Of a stretch of 64,000 nucleotides of DNA, positions 16,953 to 26,275 are shown piece by piece; positions within the stretch are counted from its first letter, which is position 1; the number at the start of each line of letters is the position of its first letter. A model generated the notes under the pieces. It searched no databases. It saw only the letters and a list, made by a program, of their open reading frames with translations, and had not been told where the DNA came from. Origin of the DNA: Terriglobales bacterium. Its GTDB lineage: Bacteria; Acidobacteriota; Terriglobia; Terriglobales; Acidobacteriaceae. The position numbers and the translations under genes are program-made. The stretch covers positions 1,940-65,939 of the forward strand of contig JBEKPJ010000043.1 of assembly GCA_049520935.1 (NCBI GenBank), in the 5' to 3' direction.

Positions 16953-18050
16953 CTATTGGGTTGTTTTGACTTCGTTCCAGATTTCGTTGTATTTGGCACG
17001 GCGCGGGACGTTTTGCCAGAAGTAGATGCGCTTCTGGTAATTATCCACGTCGTCGAGATGCAGACTTTTCACTTCTTCGGCCGTCATATCCCGCGCGGCG
17101 TGGGGGTTGGCGGGCGTGTAGCCAGTCACATCGGTGACCCTTTTCTGCGTGTGCGGCTGGATCATGAATTCGAGAAATTTATAGCCCAGTTCCTTGTTTT
17201 CGCTGCCGGCGGTGATCATGAGGTGATCGATCCATCCCGTGGTGTTCTCTTTCGGAATGATCTCGCCAGCCGGGAAATTGCTTTTGCGCAACTGGTTGGT
17301 CATGAGCGGCCAGCCCATCGCGATGACGACTTCGTGGTTTTGGAAAAGGTTGGTAAGCTCGCCGCCGGTGGACCACATTTTGCGAATGTTGGGTTTCAAC
17401 TCCACGAGCTTGTTTTTGACCTTCTCGAGTTCATCGTCGCTGAGGTTATAAAGGTGACCGGGATCGGGTTGATCGTAGCCGAGCACCTGCGCGGCCATAT
17501 AGACAGTGGAAAGATCATCCCACACGGAAATTTTTCCTTTCAGCTTCGGGTCCCACAGCACGCTCCAGTGATCCGGAGGCTGGGAAAATGCGGTCGTGTC
17601 ATAAATCATGGGGTCGGGTCCCCACATGAAGGGTACGCCGTAGACCTCGCCTTTGACGCGAACCAGCGAAAGGGAAGTGAGTTGCGGCGACAACTGGCCG
17701 TAGCTGGGCAGTTTGCCGAGATCGAGCGGCGCGGCGAGCCCGGAGGTGGCAATCATGGTCGCCACGTCGCTGGAGGGAGAGATCACGTCATAATTGCCGG
17801 AACTGCCGCCGCGTAATTTCGCGACCAGTTCGTCGCTTGATCCCATGTAGGAAGCCGATACCTTGCATTGGTTCGCCTCTTCGAAAGCCTTTATGTAGGT
17901 GGGGTCGGCGTAGCCCTCCCACACGAGGAGGTTCAGCGTGGGAGTTCGTTTGGCGCAGGATGCACAGAACAGGACCAGTAACGTCGCGAACAGCGAGAGA
18001 AGCGGCTTCGAAGATCGTAACTCGCGTGACATGGTTTGTTTCTTCCTCAT
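16953..18050 (-). CDS. potD: Polyamine-binding periplasmic protein (PotD/PotF family), probable lipoprotein
   Basis: LLSLFATLLVLFCASC is a lipobox-like signal. LNLLVWEGYADPTYIKAFEE and the overall SBP_bac_8-like pattern. It is the first gene of the potDAB-x-C run. Confidence 0.85.
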   Translation of the reverse strand: MRKKQTMSRELRSSKPLLSLFATLLVLFCASCAKRTPTLNLLVWEGYADPTYIKAFEEANQCKVSASYMGSSDELVAKLRGGSSGNYDVISPSSDVATMIATSGLAAPLDLGKLPSYGQLSPQLTSLSLVRVKGEVYGVPFMWGPDPMIYDTTAFSQPPDHWSVLWDPKLKGKISVWDDLSTVYMAAQVLGYDQPDPGHLYNLSDDELEKVKNKLVELKPNIRKMWSTGGELTNLFQNHEVVIAMGWPLMTNQLRKSNFPAGEIIPKENTTGWIDHLMITAGSENKELGYKFLEFMIQPHTQKRVTDVTGYTPANPHAARDMTAEEVKSLHLDDVDNYQKRIYFWQNVPRRAKYNEIWNEVKTTQ

Positions 18051-18320
18051 TTTCTTTCGGCCGTGGCGGAATCGGTCCCCTTCGCAAATGGTAAGCGACG
18101 TGTTTGCCGAATCGCGGATTCCGGAGTTTCAGCTTTTCCGAGATCGGAGAAAGCGTAGCTGAGCGGGGCGCAGTCGAGCCGCATTGGGGCAGCGAGTTGG
18201 CCTGGCGCAAGCGAGGCCTCGGTTTTTTTGCGCCGGTCGGCGCGGACCGCCCCGACCGGGTAGCCGCGGATTGCATCTTGTCGGAGATGGAAAAGGTGAA
18301 TCGTCACCATATGCTCGCAA

Positions 18321-19118
18321 TCAGAATGTCGGCGGCGTGTTGACCCACAACAGCCAGGCTTCGGTGCGGCCGGGGTTTTTCCAGCGATGCGGCGTGGAGC
18401 TCTCGAAATAAAAGCTGTCGCCGCGCTTCAGATGGTACTCCTCGCTGGCGAGCGCGATCATCAGCTCTCCGCGCAGCACGAACAGAAACTCCTCTCCTTC
18501 GTGGGCGTAGGATTCGCCGCTGCCGGCCTGGGGCGCGATGCGGAACAGGTGCGGCTCCATGACTTTGTTACCCCAGGCTAGCAATTCCATGCGCACCCCC
18601 GGCCCGGCTTCGAGCACTTTGCGTTTGGGCGGCCGCACCAATCGGGTATTCAATTCCGTTGCATCGAAAAAATCAAGGATGTTGGTCCGGTAGTAGCGTG
18701 CTAGCCTGCGGAGTGTGCCAACGGAGGCGCTCATCTGAGAGCGTTCGAGGGCGCTGAGGAAGCCAACGGAAATTCCCGCCGCCTTGGCGACTTCGGCGAG
18801 GCCGACGCCGCGCTGAGTGCGCAGCCGGCGCAGGCGAGGGCCGATCGCGTCCGTCGCGTTTCGCATGACAGGTTCGATCGTCCCGTCGCGCTTCAGCATC
18901 TGCACGATGGCGGCAGCATTCAGCCCGCGAATTTTGCGCAGGTAGCGCGCTTTCTTCAGCAAGCGCACGTCGTCGTTGGTGTAGAGACGATACCGGCTCG
19001 CGGTGCGGTGGGGGCGGGTCAGACCCAAGTTTTCCCATCCGCGGATCGCGGACGGAGAAATTCCCACCCGTCGGGCCACATCACCGATTTTGAGATAAAC
19101 TTGTGCGTCGCTCGACAT
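18321..19118 (-). CDS. Three-domain transcriptional regulator: MerR-type HTH, XRE-type HTH and cupin sensor (PuuR-like core with an extra MerR head)
   Basis: ATG 19118. MerR HTH: LKIGDVARRVGISPSAIRGWENLGLTRPHRTASRYRLYTNDDVRLLKKARYLR. XRE HTH: IGPRLRRLRTQRGVGLAEVAKAAGISVGFLSALERSQ. Cupin: HEGEEFLFVLRGELMIALASEEYHLKRGDSFYFESSTPHRWKN. The longer ORF to 19475 has a non-coding-looking N-terminus. Confidence 0.85.
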   Translation of the reverse strand: MSSDAQVYLKIGDVARRVGISPSAIRGWENLGLTRPHRTASRYRLYTNDDVRLLKKARYLRKIRGLNAAAIVQMLKRDGTIEPVMRNATDAIGPRLRRLRTQRGVGLAEVAKAAGISVGFLSALERSQMSASVGTLRRLARYYRTNILDFFDATELNTRLVRPPKRKVLEAGPGVRMELLAWGNKVMEPHLFRIAPQAGSGESYAHEGEEFLFVLRGELMIALASEEYHLKRGDSFYFESSTPHRWKNPGRTEAWLLWVNTPPTF

Positions 19119-19167
19119 GATTTCCGAATATGCCTGCTGGTTGCGTTGCGAGTATGCACTTTTCCGC

Positions 19168-19216
19168 TTGACAGGGGGCGGCGGAGTCAATAACCTTGCG
19201 CGATTATAGCAAGGTT
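19168..19216 (+). promoter_or_regulatory. Candidate sigma70-type promoter plus palindromic operator in the divergent control region
   Basis: TTGACA (19168-19173), a 17-nt spacer, then TAACCT (19191-19196). A perfect inverted repeat AACCTTGC (19192-19199) N9 GCAAGGTT (19209-19216) overlaps the -10. It lies between the regulator start (19118, -) and the receptor start (19282, +). Confidence 0.4.
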
Positions 19217-19281
19217 TGCCCAACGCGCAAGCCGAATCGGATCTAAACGAATTCACCCCCGAGATCTGGAGGATCTGTTCC

Positions 19282-22200
19282 ATGCCGATCTGTTCCGTAG
19301 CGATGCCGAAACCGTCGTGGATGTCTTGCAGTCGAGCCGTTGTGAGCTCGGTTCTCAGCCTGTTTCTGCTGGGCTCGACGGGGGCGTTTGCGCAGAGCAC
19401 GGGCGGACGCATCCTCGGCCGCGTCTCCGATTCGAGCGGGGCGGTGCTGGCTGGGGTGAAAGTGACAGCCACCAATGAGGCGACCGGCGCCAGTCGCGAT
19501 ACGCTGACCAGCGAAAGCGGCGACTATGTTTTGGTCTCGGTCCAGCCGGCAACCTACACCATTGCCTACGAATTGACCGGTTTCAAGAAGAACGTGCAAA
19601 AGGGGATCCTCGTCGATGTCAACCAGGTGGTGACCCTCAATTCGACGCTCCAGATCGGCGGATCCCAGGAAGTCGTCGAGGTAACCTCGGAAGCTCCCCA
19701 AGTTGACACCAACAGCACGCAACTGGGAGCCGTAATCAACGACCGCTCGGTGAACGAACTGCCGTTGAACAGCCGCGATACCTATCAGTTTCTGCAGCTT
19801 CAGCCGGGCGTGCAGGCGCAGCTGGGAAACGGCAACGGCAGCCTGTTCTACGGATCGCAAGATACCGGATCGGTGTCGGTGAACGGCGGCCGTACTCGCT
19901 CCAACAACTTCAGCGTCAACGGCGGAGACGCCAACGACCAGTTCGTGAACTCGCCCACCGTCGAGCCCAGTCCCGATAGCGTCGAGGAGTTTCGTGTGAT
20001 TACCAACACGTTCGACGCCGAATACGGCAGGAATTCAGGTTCGGTGGTCAACGTGATTACCAAGTCCGGGTCCAACAATCTTCATGGCAACGTCTTCGAA
20101 TACTTCCGCAACACGGTGTTGGACGCGCGAAATTTTTTCGATATCACGAGGCCGCAGTGGAATCAGAACCAGTTCGGCGGCACGCTCGGTGGTCCCATAA
20201 AGAAAGACCGAACGTTTTTCTTTGTTTCCTATGAAAGTCGCCGTATACGGGAGGGACTGACCGGGCAGAGCGTGAACGTTCCCACCGGCCAGCCATCGCT
20301 GACCTCGCCCAGCGGCGAGTTCGCCGGGGATTTCAGCGACCAGGGCGCCTTTGGTGGAAGCATTGCAAGCCCGTTTGTCGCGCAGGTGCTTGACGGGCGC
20401 CCCGGGTGCGACACCGCATTAGGTTACACCGTGGCGAGTCTCGGGCCCAACCCTGCATGGGGAGGGGCCGGCGGAGTATTTCCCAACAACGTCATCCCGG
20501 CGGCTTGCCAGGATCCGGTAGCCGCCAACCTGTTGCAACGGTTTGTTCCGACCGCGAACGTGGGAACTGGTCAGAACGTATCGGTTCCCGTGAGCACAGA
20601 CAATTCGGACCAGTTCTCCGTCAAATTTGATCACAAGATCAGCGACCGCCAGAATTTTTCGGCCTACTATTACTTCAATGACGGCCGGCAACTTCAGCCT
20701 TACGATCAATTCGAGGCGGCGGGGGCGAACGTTCCCGGCTTTGGCAACTACAATAACAGCCGTTTTCAGCAATGGAACCTGAGCCACACCTGGACGATCA
20801 GTAACGCGGTGGTGAATGAGGCGCGCTTCGTTTACATGCGAGAAGGGCAGCTGGGCTTCCTCAAGCCGCAGACCAACAACGCGGTGACCGGCTCGTGCAC
20901 GGGCGCAGCCGCCACTTTCTGCTTCACCGGGACGTCGGACTCGAACGCCATTACTTCGCTCGATGGCACCAGTCCAAAACTGGGCATCACCCCGGGCCTG
21001 CCCGCGAACCTCACCGGAGTTCCCTACGTAAACATCAGCGGCGGTGCCGTGTTTGGCAACAACTTCGAAGGCGTGCTTCCGCAGGTGGGCAACAGTTTTC
21101 AGTGGTCGGACAACTTGACCTGGGTGAAGGGTAACCATACCTATAAGTTTGGCATCGATATTCGCCGGGCGCGTTTTGACCAGTATTATTATTTCGACGT
21201 CAATGGCGAATTTACCTTTAACAATTCCGGTCCCAACGCGATTGTGCCAGGGGACGGGGATAACTACGCGGAGTTCCTTCTGGGGCTGTCGGACACCTAT
21301 ACCCAGGGATCCGGACAGCGGGAGGATATTCGCGGCACGTCGGTTTACCCGTTCGCCCAAGACAGCTGGAAGATCAGACCGAACCTAACGCTCAACTATG
21401 GCCTCCGTTGGGAGCTCGACACTCCGCTCACCGACATCAGCGGACACGTCGAGACCTTCCGGCCCGGGCAGAACTCGCAGGTCTACCCGTGCGGGTTGTC
21501 ATCGCTCAGTCAATCGTACTTTGGTGTAACCAGTCCCAGTTGCAGTGCAGTGGGCGTGAATCCGACCGGTCTGGTCGTGCCCGGCGATCCGGGCGTGCCC
21601 GCCGCATTGACTTCGACCTATTACAAAGCGTTCGCCCCGCGGATAGGGTTAGCCTACAGTCCCAATTTCAGCGAAGGCTTCCTGGGAAAGCTGTTCGGCA
21701 GTAACGGCGCCACCAGCATTCGCGCCGGTTGGGGAATGTTCTACAATCCGATTGAAGAATTGGTGCTGGCGCAATTCGGTGCCGAACCGCCGTTTGGCGG
21801 CAGTTCGTCGCTGTTCAATACCTTCCTGAACACTCCGTTTGTCTACCAGTCGGGCAGCACCCCCGCACCGAACCCGTTCAACGGTATCCTCACGCCCACA
21901 CCCGGTCAGCCCGTCGATTATTCCCTGTTCCGCCCGATTCTGCTCTACGGTGAGTTCCAACCGCACCTGCGCACGCAGTACACGACCCAGTACAACCTCA
22001 CAATTCAGCGGCAGCTGACAAGTAATACGATGTTGCAGCTCGGATACGTCGGGTCGCAAGGGCATCGTTTACTGGCCTCACACGACATAAATCCATCAAC
22101 CCCACAGACCTGTCTGGACATCAATTCAGTGCTTGGGGCCGGGACCTGCGGACCCTTTACCGAGGATTCCGAGTTCCTCTTTCCCGCTGGCTCGTTGGCT

Positions 22201-23163
22201 CCGGCAGGCGGGTTCCATCTCCCCTACGGGCCGAACGGTCCAACCGTCATTCCGGCGGGCACATCGCTTGGCGGTATGGAACTGGTGGGACTGCGTCCTT
22301 ATTCTTCACCCAACTGCAATCCGTACACCGGCGTCGGCTGTCCGGCGGATGGAATTCCGGTGTTCAGCGATATCTTCGCCGAAGATACCATCGCCAGTTC
22401 TGCCTATAATGCGTTCGAAGCCATGCTGGAGAAGCGCTTTTCTCATGGTTTACAGTTTCAGGCTTCTTACACGTTGAGTAAGTCCCTGGATGAGGGGTCA
22501 ACATTCGAAGAAACACTCAATCCGTTCAACTTTAAAGCCAGCCGCGGGTTGTCCCTGTTTAATTCCAAGCAGCGCTTCGTGATCAGTTACGACTGGGAAT
22601 TGCCGATTCGAAAGCGTCAAGGCTTCATGGGCGGATTGACCAACGACTGGGCCATCTCGGGCATTACGCAATTTCAGACAGGCTTTCCCATTCGCCTGGA
22701 CAGTGAGGATGATAGCGAACTGATTGCCAGTGTCTTTTTCCTGGGCACGGAAGCTCCGAGTTTGGTGGCGCCATTCCAGAGGCTCAATCCCCATAACACA
22801 CTTACAAGTGCTCCGCTCGGCATTTCCTCGCCGGGGTACTACTTCAACCCCGGTGATTTTGCCACGGCGGCAACCAATCCACTGGGGGCGAGCGTTCCGG
22901 CGCTCGGCCAGTTCAACAATGGTACCTCGCGCAGTCTCTGCTGCGGTCCCGGGTTACAGGACTGGGACTTCTCGGTGCACAAGAAGCTTTCGCTCGGCGA
23001 GAACCGCTATTTCCAGTTCCGCGCCGAATTTTTCAACATTTTCAACCATACCAACTTCTTTAACCCCGATGGTCACTTCTCCGACGGTCCGACCTCGTTT
23101 GGGAAGATCACGGAAGCGCAAGATCCGCGACTGGTGCAGTTTGCTTTGAAGCTGTTTTTCTAG
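19282..23163 (+). CDS. TonB-dependent receptor-like outer-membrane protein with an N-terminal carboxypeptidase-regulatory-like (CarboxypepD_reg) domain
   Basis: GGAGGA 7 nt upstream of ATG 19282. Signal SVLSLFLLGSTGAFAQ. CarboxypepD_reg-like GRILGRVSDSSGAVLAGVKVTATNEATG...YTIAYELTGFKK. A plug-like region, a very long barrel, and C-terminus ...RLVQFALKLFF. Confidence 0.85.
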   Translation: MPICSVAMPKPSWMSCSRAVVSSVLSLFLLGSTGAFAQSTGGRILGRVSDSSGAVLAGVKVTATNEATGASRDTLTSESGDYVLVSVQPATYTIAYELTGFKKNVQKGILVDVNQVVTLNSTLQIGGSQEVVEVTSEAPQVDTNSTQLGAVINDRSVNELPLNSRDTYQFLQLQPGVQAQLGNGNGSLFYGSQDTGSVSVNGGRTRSNNFSVNGGDANDQFVNSPTVEPSPDSVEEFRVITNTFDAEYGRNSGSVVNVITKSGSNNLHGNVFEYFRNTVLDARNFFDITRPQWNQNQFGGTLGGPIKKDRTFFFVSYESRRIREGLTGQSVNVPTGQPSLTSPSGEFAGDFSDQGAFGGSIASPFVAQVLDGRPGCDTALGYTVASLGPNPAWGGAGGVFPNNVIPAACQDPVAANLLQRFVPTANVGTGQNVSVPVSTDNSDQFSVKFDHKISDRQNFSAYYYFNDGRQLQPYDQFEAAGANVPGFGNYNNSRFQQWNLSHTWTISNAVVNEARFVYMREGQLGFLKPQTNNAVTGSCTGAAATFCFTGTSDSNAITSLDGTSPKLGITPGLPANLTGVPYVNISGGAVFGNNFEGVLPQVGNSFQWSDNLTWVKGNHTYKFGIDIRRARFDQYYYFDVNGEFTFNNSGPNAIVPGDGDNYAEFLLGLSDTYTQGSGQREDIRGTSVYPFAQDSWKIRPNLTLNYGLRWELDTPLTDISGHVETFRPGQNSQVYPCGLSSLSQSYFGVTSPSCSAVGVNPTGLVVPGDPGVPAALTSTYYKAFAPRIGLAYSPNFSEGFLGKLFGSNGATSIRAGWGMFYNPIEELVLAQFGAEPPFGGSSSLFNTFLNTPFVYQSGSTPAPNPFNGILTPTPGQPVDYSLFRPILLYGEFQPHLRTQYTTQYNLTIQRQLTSNTMLQLGYVGSQGHRLLASHDINPSTPQTCLDINSVLGAGTCGPFTEDSEFLFPAGSLAPAGGFHLPYGPNGPTVIPAGTSLGGMELVGLRPYSSPNCNPYTGVGCPADGIPVFSDIFAEDTIASSAYNAFEAMLEKRFSHGLQFQASYTLSKSLDEGSTFEETLNPFNFKASRGLSLFNSKQRFVISYDWELPIRKRQGFMGGLTNDWAISGITQFQTGFPIRLDSEDDSELIASVFFLGTEAPSLVAPFQRLNPHNTLTSAPLGISSPGYYFNPGDFATAATNPLGASVPALGQFNNGTSRSLCCGPGLQDWDFSVHKKLSLGENRYFQFRAEFFNIFNHTNFFNPDGHFSDGPTSFGKITEAQDPRLVQFALKLFF

Positions 23164-23237
23164 CCCGAACCCATGGCGGTTTCGGCCGCCCGTCTAATCT
23201 AATGGCCTACTCGGCCTGAGTCTTATTGGAGATCACG

Positions 23238-24617
23238 ATGTACGCCGCACTGCAAAACGAGCTCGAGACCTTCGAGCGACGCACCCCGAAGTCCGCCGAA
23301 GCGCATAAGAAGAACCTGAAACGACTGCCCTTGGGCGTGGCCAGTAACTATCGCGCTTACGATCCTTATCCGATCTTTGTTTCTGAGGCTTCAGGCAGCA
23401 AGTTCCGCGATCTTGATGGCAACGAATACATCGACCACAATTTGTGTTTTGGCACGCTCATGGCGGGACACTCGCATCCGGCGGTGATTAAGGCCGTGGA
23501 AGGCCGGTTGCATAAGGGAACCGCTTATGGGATGCCGCACAACATGGAGTGGGAACTGGCGGAGGAGATCTGCACCCGCTTTCCGGTTGAGATGTGCCGC
23601 TTTGGCAACAGCGGTACCGAAGCCACTATGCATACCATTCGCCTGGCGCGGGCGGCGACGGGTCGCGACAAGATCATCAAGTTCGAAGGCGGTTATCATG
23701 GTCTGCACGATGCGGCGCTGGTCAGCGTGAAGCCGCATCCTCCGGCGGATGATTTCGGAGATATCAAGGATCCGAAAGCGGTCTCCGGTGGAGCCGGTGT
23801 GCCCAAAACCAGCCTTGCCAACGTGGCCATCGCGACCTTCAATGATCTCGAGACGGTGGAGCGGCGATTCCGGGAGAATCGGAATGAAATTGCGGCGGTA
23901 ATTCTCGAGCCGATCATGATGAATGTCGGACTGTGCATGCCGCAGAAAGGGTTTCTGGAAGGTCTGCGGGCGCTCTGCGACCAGCATGGCGCGCTGCTGA
24001 TTTTCGACGAAGTCAAGACGGGAGCAAAGTTGTGCTGGGGCGGCGCCTCGGAGTATTTCGGCGTCCCACCCGACATGATTTGCCTGGCCAAGTCGATTGG
24101 CGGTGGGTTTCCGCTGGCCGCGTTCGGTACGCACAGCCGGGTCATGAAGTTGATTTCCGACCACAAGGTATTTCACGGCGGAACCTACAACACAAATCCG
24201 ATTTCGATGGCGGCAGGCCTCGCCACGTTTCGCGAAGTGCTGACTCGGGAGAACTATTCTCACATCGAAAAACTGAGCCACAAGCTCGTCGACGGATACA
24301 AGAAGACAATCGCCAGGGCCGGCTTGCAGGGTTATATCGCGAGCGCCGGTGCCAATGGGGCACTGATGCTGTATCCGAAGGAAATCCGCAATTACCGCGA
24401 CTGGCTGCCCATCGATGTTGACCTATGGCGGCATTACTGGTTTGGAATGGTAAACCGGGGCGTCATGTGCCAGCCCTATTGGTGGGACGAGCAGTGGACG
24501 ATTTCCGTGCAACACTCGGAGGCAGATATCGACAAGCATTTGTCCGTATTTGCGGATATCGCTCCGTCGCTGGCCTCCGCACAGCATGAACGTCTGGGAG
24601 CGGTCGTCGCACACTAG
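23238..24617 (+). CDS. Class-III PLP aminotransferase, glutamate-1-semialdehyde-aminomutase-like subgroup
   Basis: GGAG 6 nt upstream of ATG 23238. NSGTEATMHTIRLARAATGRDKIIKFEGGYHG, FDEVKTG, and PLP-Lys context CLAKSIGGG. Confidence 0.85.
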   Translation: MYAALQNELETFERRTPKSAEAHKKNLKRLPLGVASNYRAYDPYPIFVSEASGSKFRDLDGNEYIDHNLCFGTLMAGHSHPAVIKAVEGRLHKGTAYGMPHNMEWELAEEICTRFPVEMCRFGNSGTEATMHTIRLARAATGRDKIIKFEGGYHGLHDAALVSVKPHPPADDFGDIKDPKAVSGGAGVPKTSLANVAIATFNDLETVERRFRENRNEIAAVILEPIMMNVGLCMPQKGFLEGLRALCDQHGALLIFDEVKTGAKLCWGGASEYFGVPPDMICLAKSIGGGFPLAAFGTHSRVMKLISDHKVFHGGTYNTNPISMAAGLATFREVLTRENYSHIEKLSHKLVDGYKKTIARAGLQGYIASAGANGALMLYPKEIRNYRDWLPIDVDLWRHYWFGMVNRGVMCQPYWWDEQWTISVQHSEADIDKHLSVFADIAPSLASAQHERLGAVVAH

Positions 24618-24656
24618 TGGGATCCGGTCATTCCGCCAGTCAGCGCCTGGGCAGCG

Positions 24657-26153
24657 ATGGACCTGATGTCGCGGCGGGCGGATGATCCGATCCTCCGATT
24701 CTCTATGTCCAACCATGACCCCAACCAGCCGCACCTCAAGCGTGTCCTCGGACGCTTTGACCTGGTGCTGCTGTTTGTGGTCGCCGTGTTTAATCTGAAT
24801 GTCGTTCCCAGCATCGCGGCCAACGGAGGGGTGACGGTCTGGCTGTGGCTGGTCTCGCTGCTTCTGTTTTTCTGGCCGCAAGGGATTGCCGTGATCGAAC
24901 TTGCGCATCGCTACCCGGGCGAAGGCGGCGTCTACCTGTGGGCGAAGGAAGTGTTTGGTGATTTCCACGGCTTTCTTTCCGGCTGGTGCTACTGGACAAA
25001 TAACATGCTGTATGTGCCGACGGTGATGCTGTACTTTGTCGGCGTGTCGGTGTTCGCCATGGGTTCAGGGCACGCTCAACTTGCCGACGATAAGACCTTC
25101 GCTCTGATTGCGTCGGTGGCGTTGCTGGCGTTTCTCACCTGGCTGAATATCCTGGGCCTGGGTGTGGGCAAGTGGCTGAACAACCTGGGCGCGGTCGGCA
25201 CGTTTGTGGCAGCGGCGGTGCTGATCGGATTAGGGGTTGCGATTTGGATGCGATTCGGGACAACGATCTCCGCCGCCGACTTCCGGATTCCGGCAGATCC
25301 CAGATTCGTTCTCAACTCGTTTGGTGTGATCTGCTTCGGACTGGTGGGGCTGGAGCTGGCCTCGGTGATGGGCGATGAGATTCGCGATCCGCAACGGACG
25401 CTGCCGGGTGCGGTCGCCTGGGGCGGCGTGATTTCCGGGGCGCTCTATATTGGCGTCACGCTCACTCTGCTGTTGGCCATCAGCCGGAACGAAATCAATG
25501 TGTTGCAGGGGATTGTCCAGGCCGTCAGTCACATGTCGGCCAGGGTCGGCGTGGGATGGATCATCGCTCCGTTCGCCTTGATGCTCAGCCTTTCGATCGC
25601 CGGCATCGGGTCGGCCTGGATGGGAGGCTCAGCGCGCATTCCCTTCGTTGCCGGACTCGATTCCTATATGCCTTCCTGGCTGGGCAAGATCCACACCCGG
25701 TACGCAACGCCCTACGCGGCGCTGATCGTGCAGGGAGTCATCTCGCTGCTTCTCATCGTCATCACCTTCACGGCATCCGGTGGTGTGCAGGAAGCTTTTC
25801 AGAAAATGCTTTCCGCGGCCGTGGTCTTGCAGCTGATTCCGTTCCTCTACGTTTTTGGCGCTTTGCTGAAATTCGGATTGCGGCGCCCCCTGCAAGGAGG
25901 GCGCTATGGAAGAGGAACTCTGTTGTTTGCCGGAAGCGCCGGATTTCTGACCACCGCGCTGGGCATCATTTTGGCGTTTTCCCCCGCCCAACAGATCACG
26001 TCTTTGTGGAAGTATGAAGCGGGGATGTTTGGGATCACGCTAGGGTTTCTCGCGTTGGGCACGTTTTTCTTTTTCGGGTATGGACGGCTGAAGTCGCAGA
26101 CGGCTGCCGCGGCGGCGGAAGAGAAAAAGCCGGGAATCGCCAGATCCAGGTAG
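24657..26153 (+). CDS. APC-superfamily amino acid/polyamine permease
   Basis: About 12 hydrophobic segments and an APC-like N-terminus LKRVLGRFDLVLLFVVAVFNLN. The start could be 24657 or ATG 24705. Confidence 0.8.
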   Translation: MDLMSRRADDPILRFSMSNHDPNQPHLKRVLGRFDLVLLFVVAVFNLNVVPSIAANGGVTVWLWLVSLLLFFWPQGIAVIELAHRYPGEGGVYLWAKEVFGDFHGFLSGWCYWTNNMLYVPTVMLYFVGVSVFAMGSGHAQLADDKTFALIASVALLAFLTWLNILGLGVGKWLNNLGAVGTFVAAAVLIGLGVAIWMRFGTTISAADFRIPADPRFVLNSFGVICFGLVGLELASVMGDEIRDPQRTLPGAVAWGGVISGALYIGVTLTLLLAISRNEINVLQGIVQAVSHMSARVGVGWIIAPFALMLSLSIAGIGSAWMGGSARIPFVAGLDSYMPSWLGKIHTRYATPYAALIVQGVISLLLIVITFTASGGVQEAFQKMLSAAVVLQLIPFLYVFGALLKFGLRRPLQGGRYGRGTLLFAGSAGFLTTALGIILAFSPAQQITSLWKYEAGMFGITLGFLALGTFFFFGYGRLKSQTAAAAAEEKKPGIARSR

Positions 26154-26275
26154 GGCCGCACCTGGTGCGGCTCAATCGACCATTGCTCGTCTGGAGTCTG
26201 GGTGGAGCGCGCGAAATTCGAACCGTTGGATGGATTCGGGCGTTTGCTCGAAAGCCAAGCGAGCAGGAGGATCTT

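Noticed and set aside
18195-18250. Plus-strand hairpin followed by T7 (GGCCT...AGGCC TCGG TTTTTTT) and an adjacent CCGGTCGG...CCGACCGG stem. This resembles an intrinsic terminator for an antisense or small RNA.
   Set aside because: There is no plus-strand gene or promoter upstream to terminate. On the minus strand the U-tract is on the wrong side. It cannot be distinguished from chance GC-rich secondary structure without transcript data.
18047-18310. 87-codon minus-strand ORF filling the regulator-potD gap, with its TGA overlapping the potD ATG
   Set aside because: There is no SD, and the third-position GC falls to ~45% in its last third. The product is unremarkable. The ATGA overlap is a trivial consequence of potD starting ATG-AGG. 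It is more likely the potD promoter/leader.
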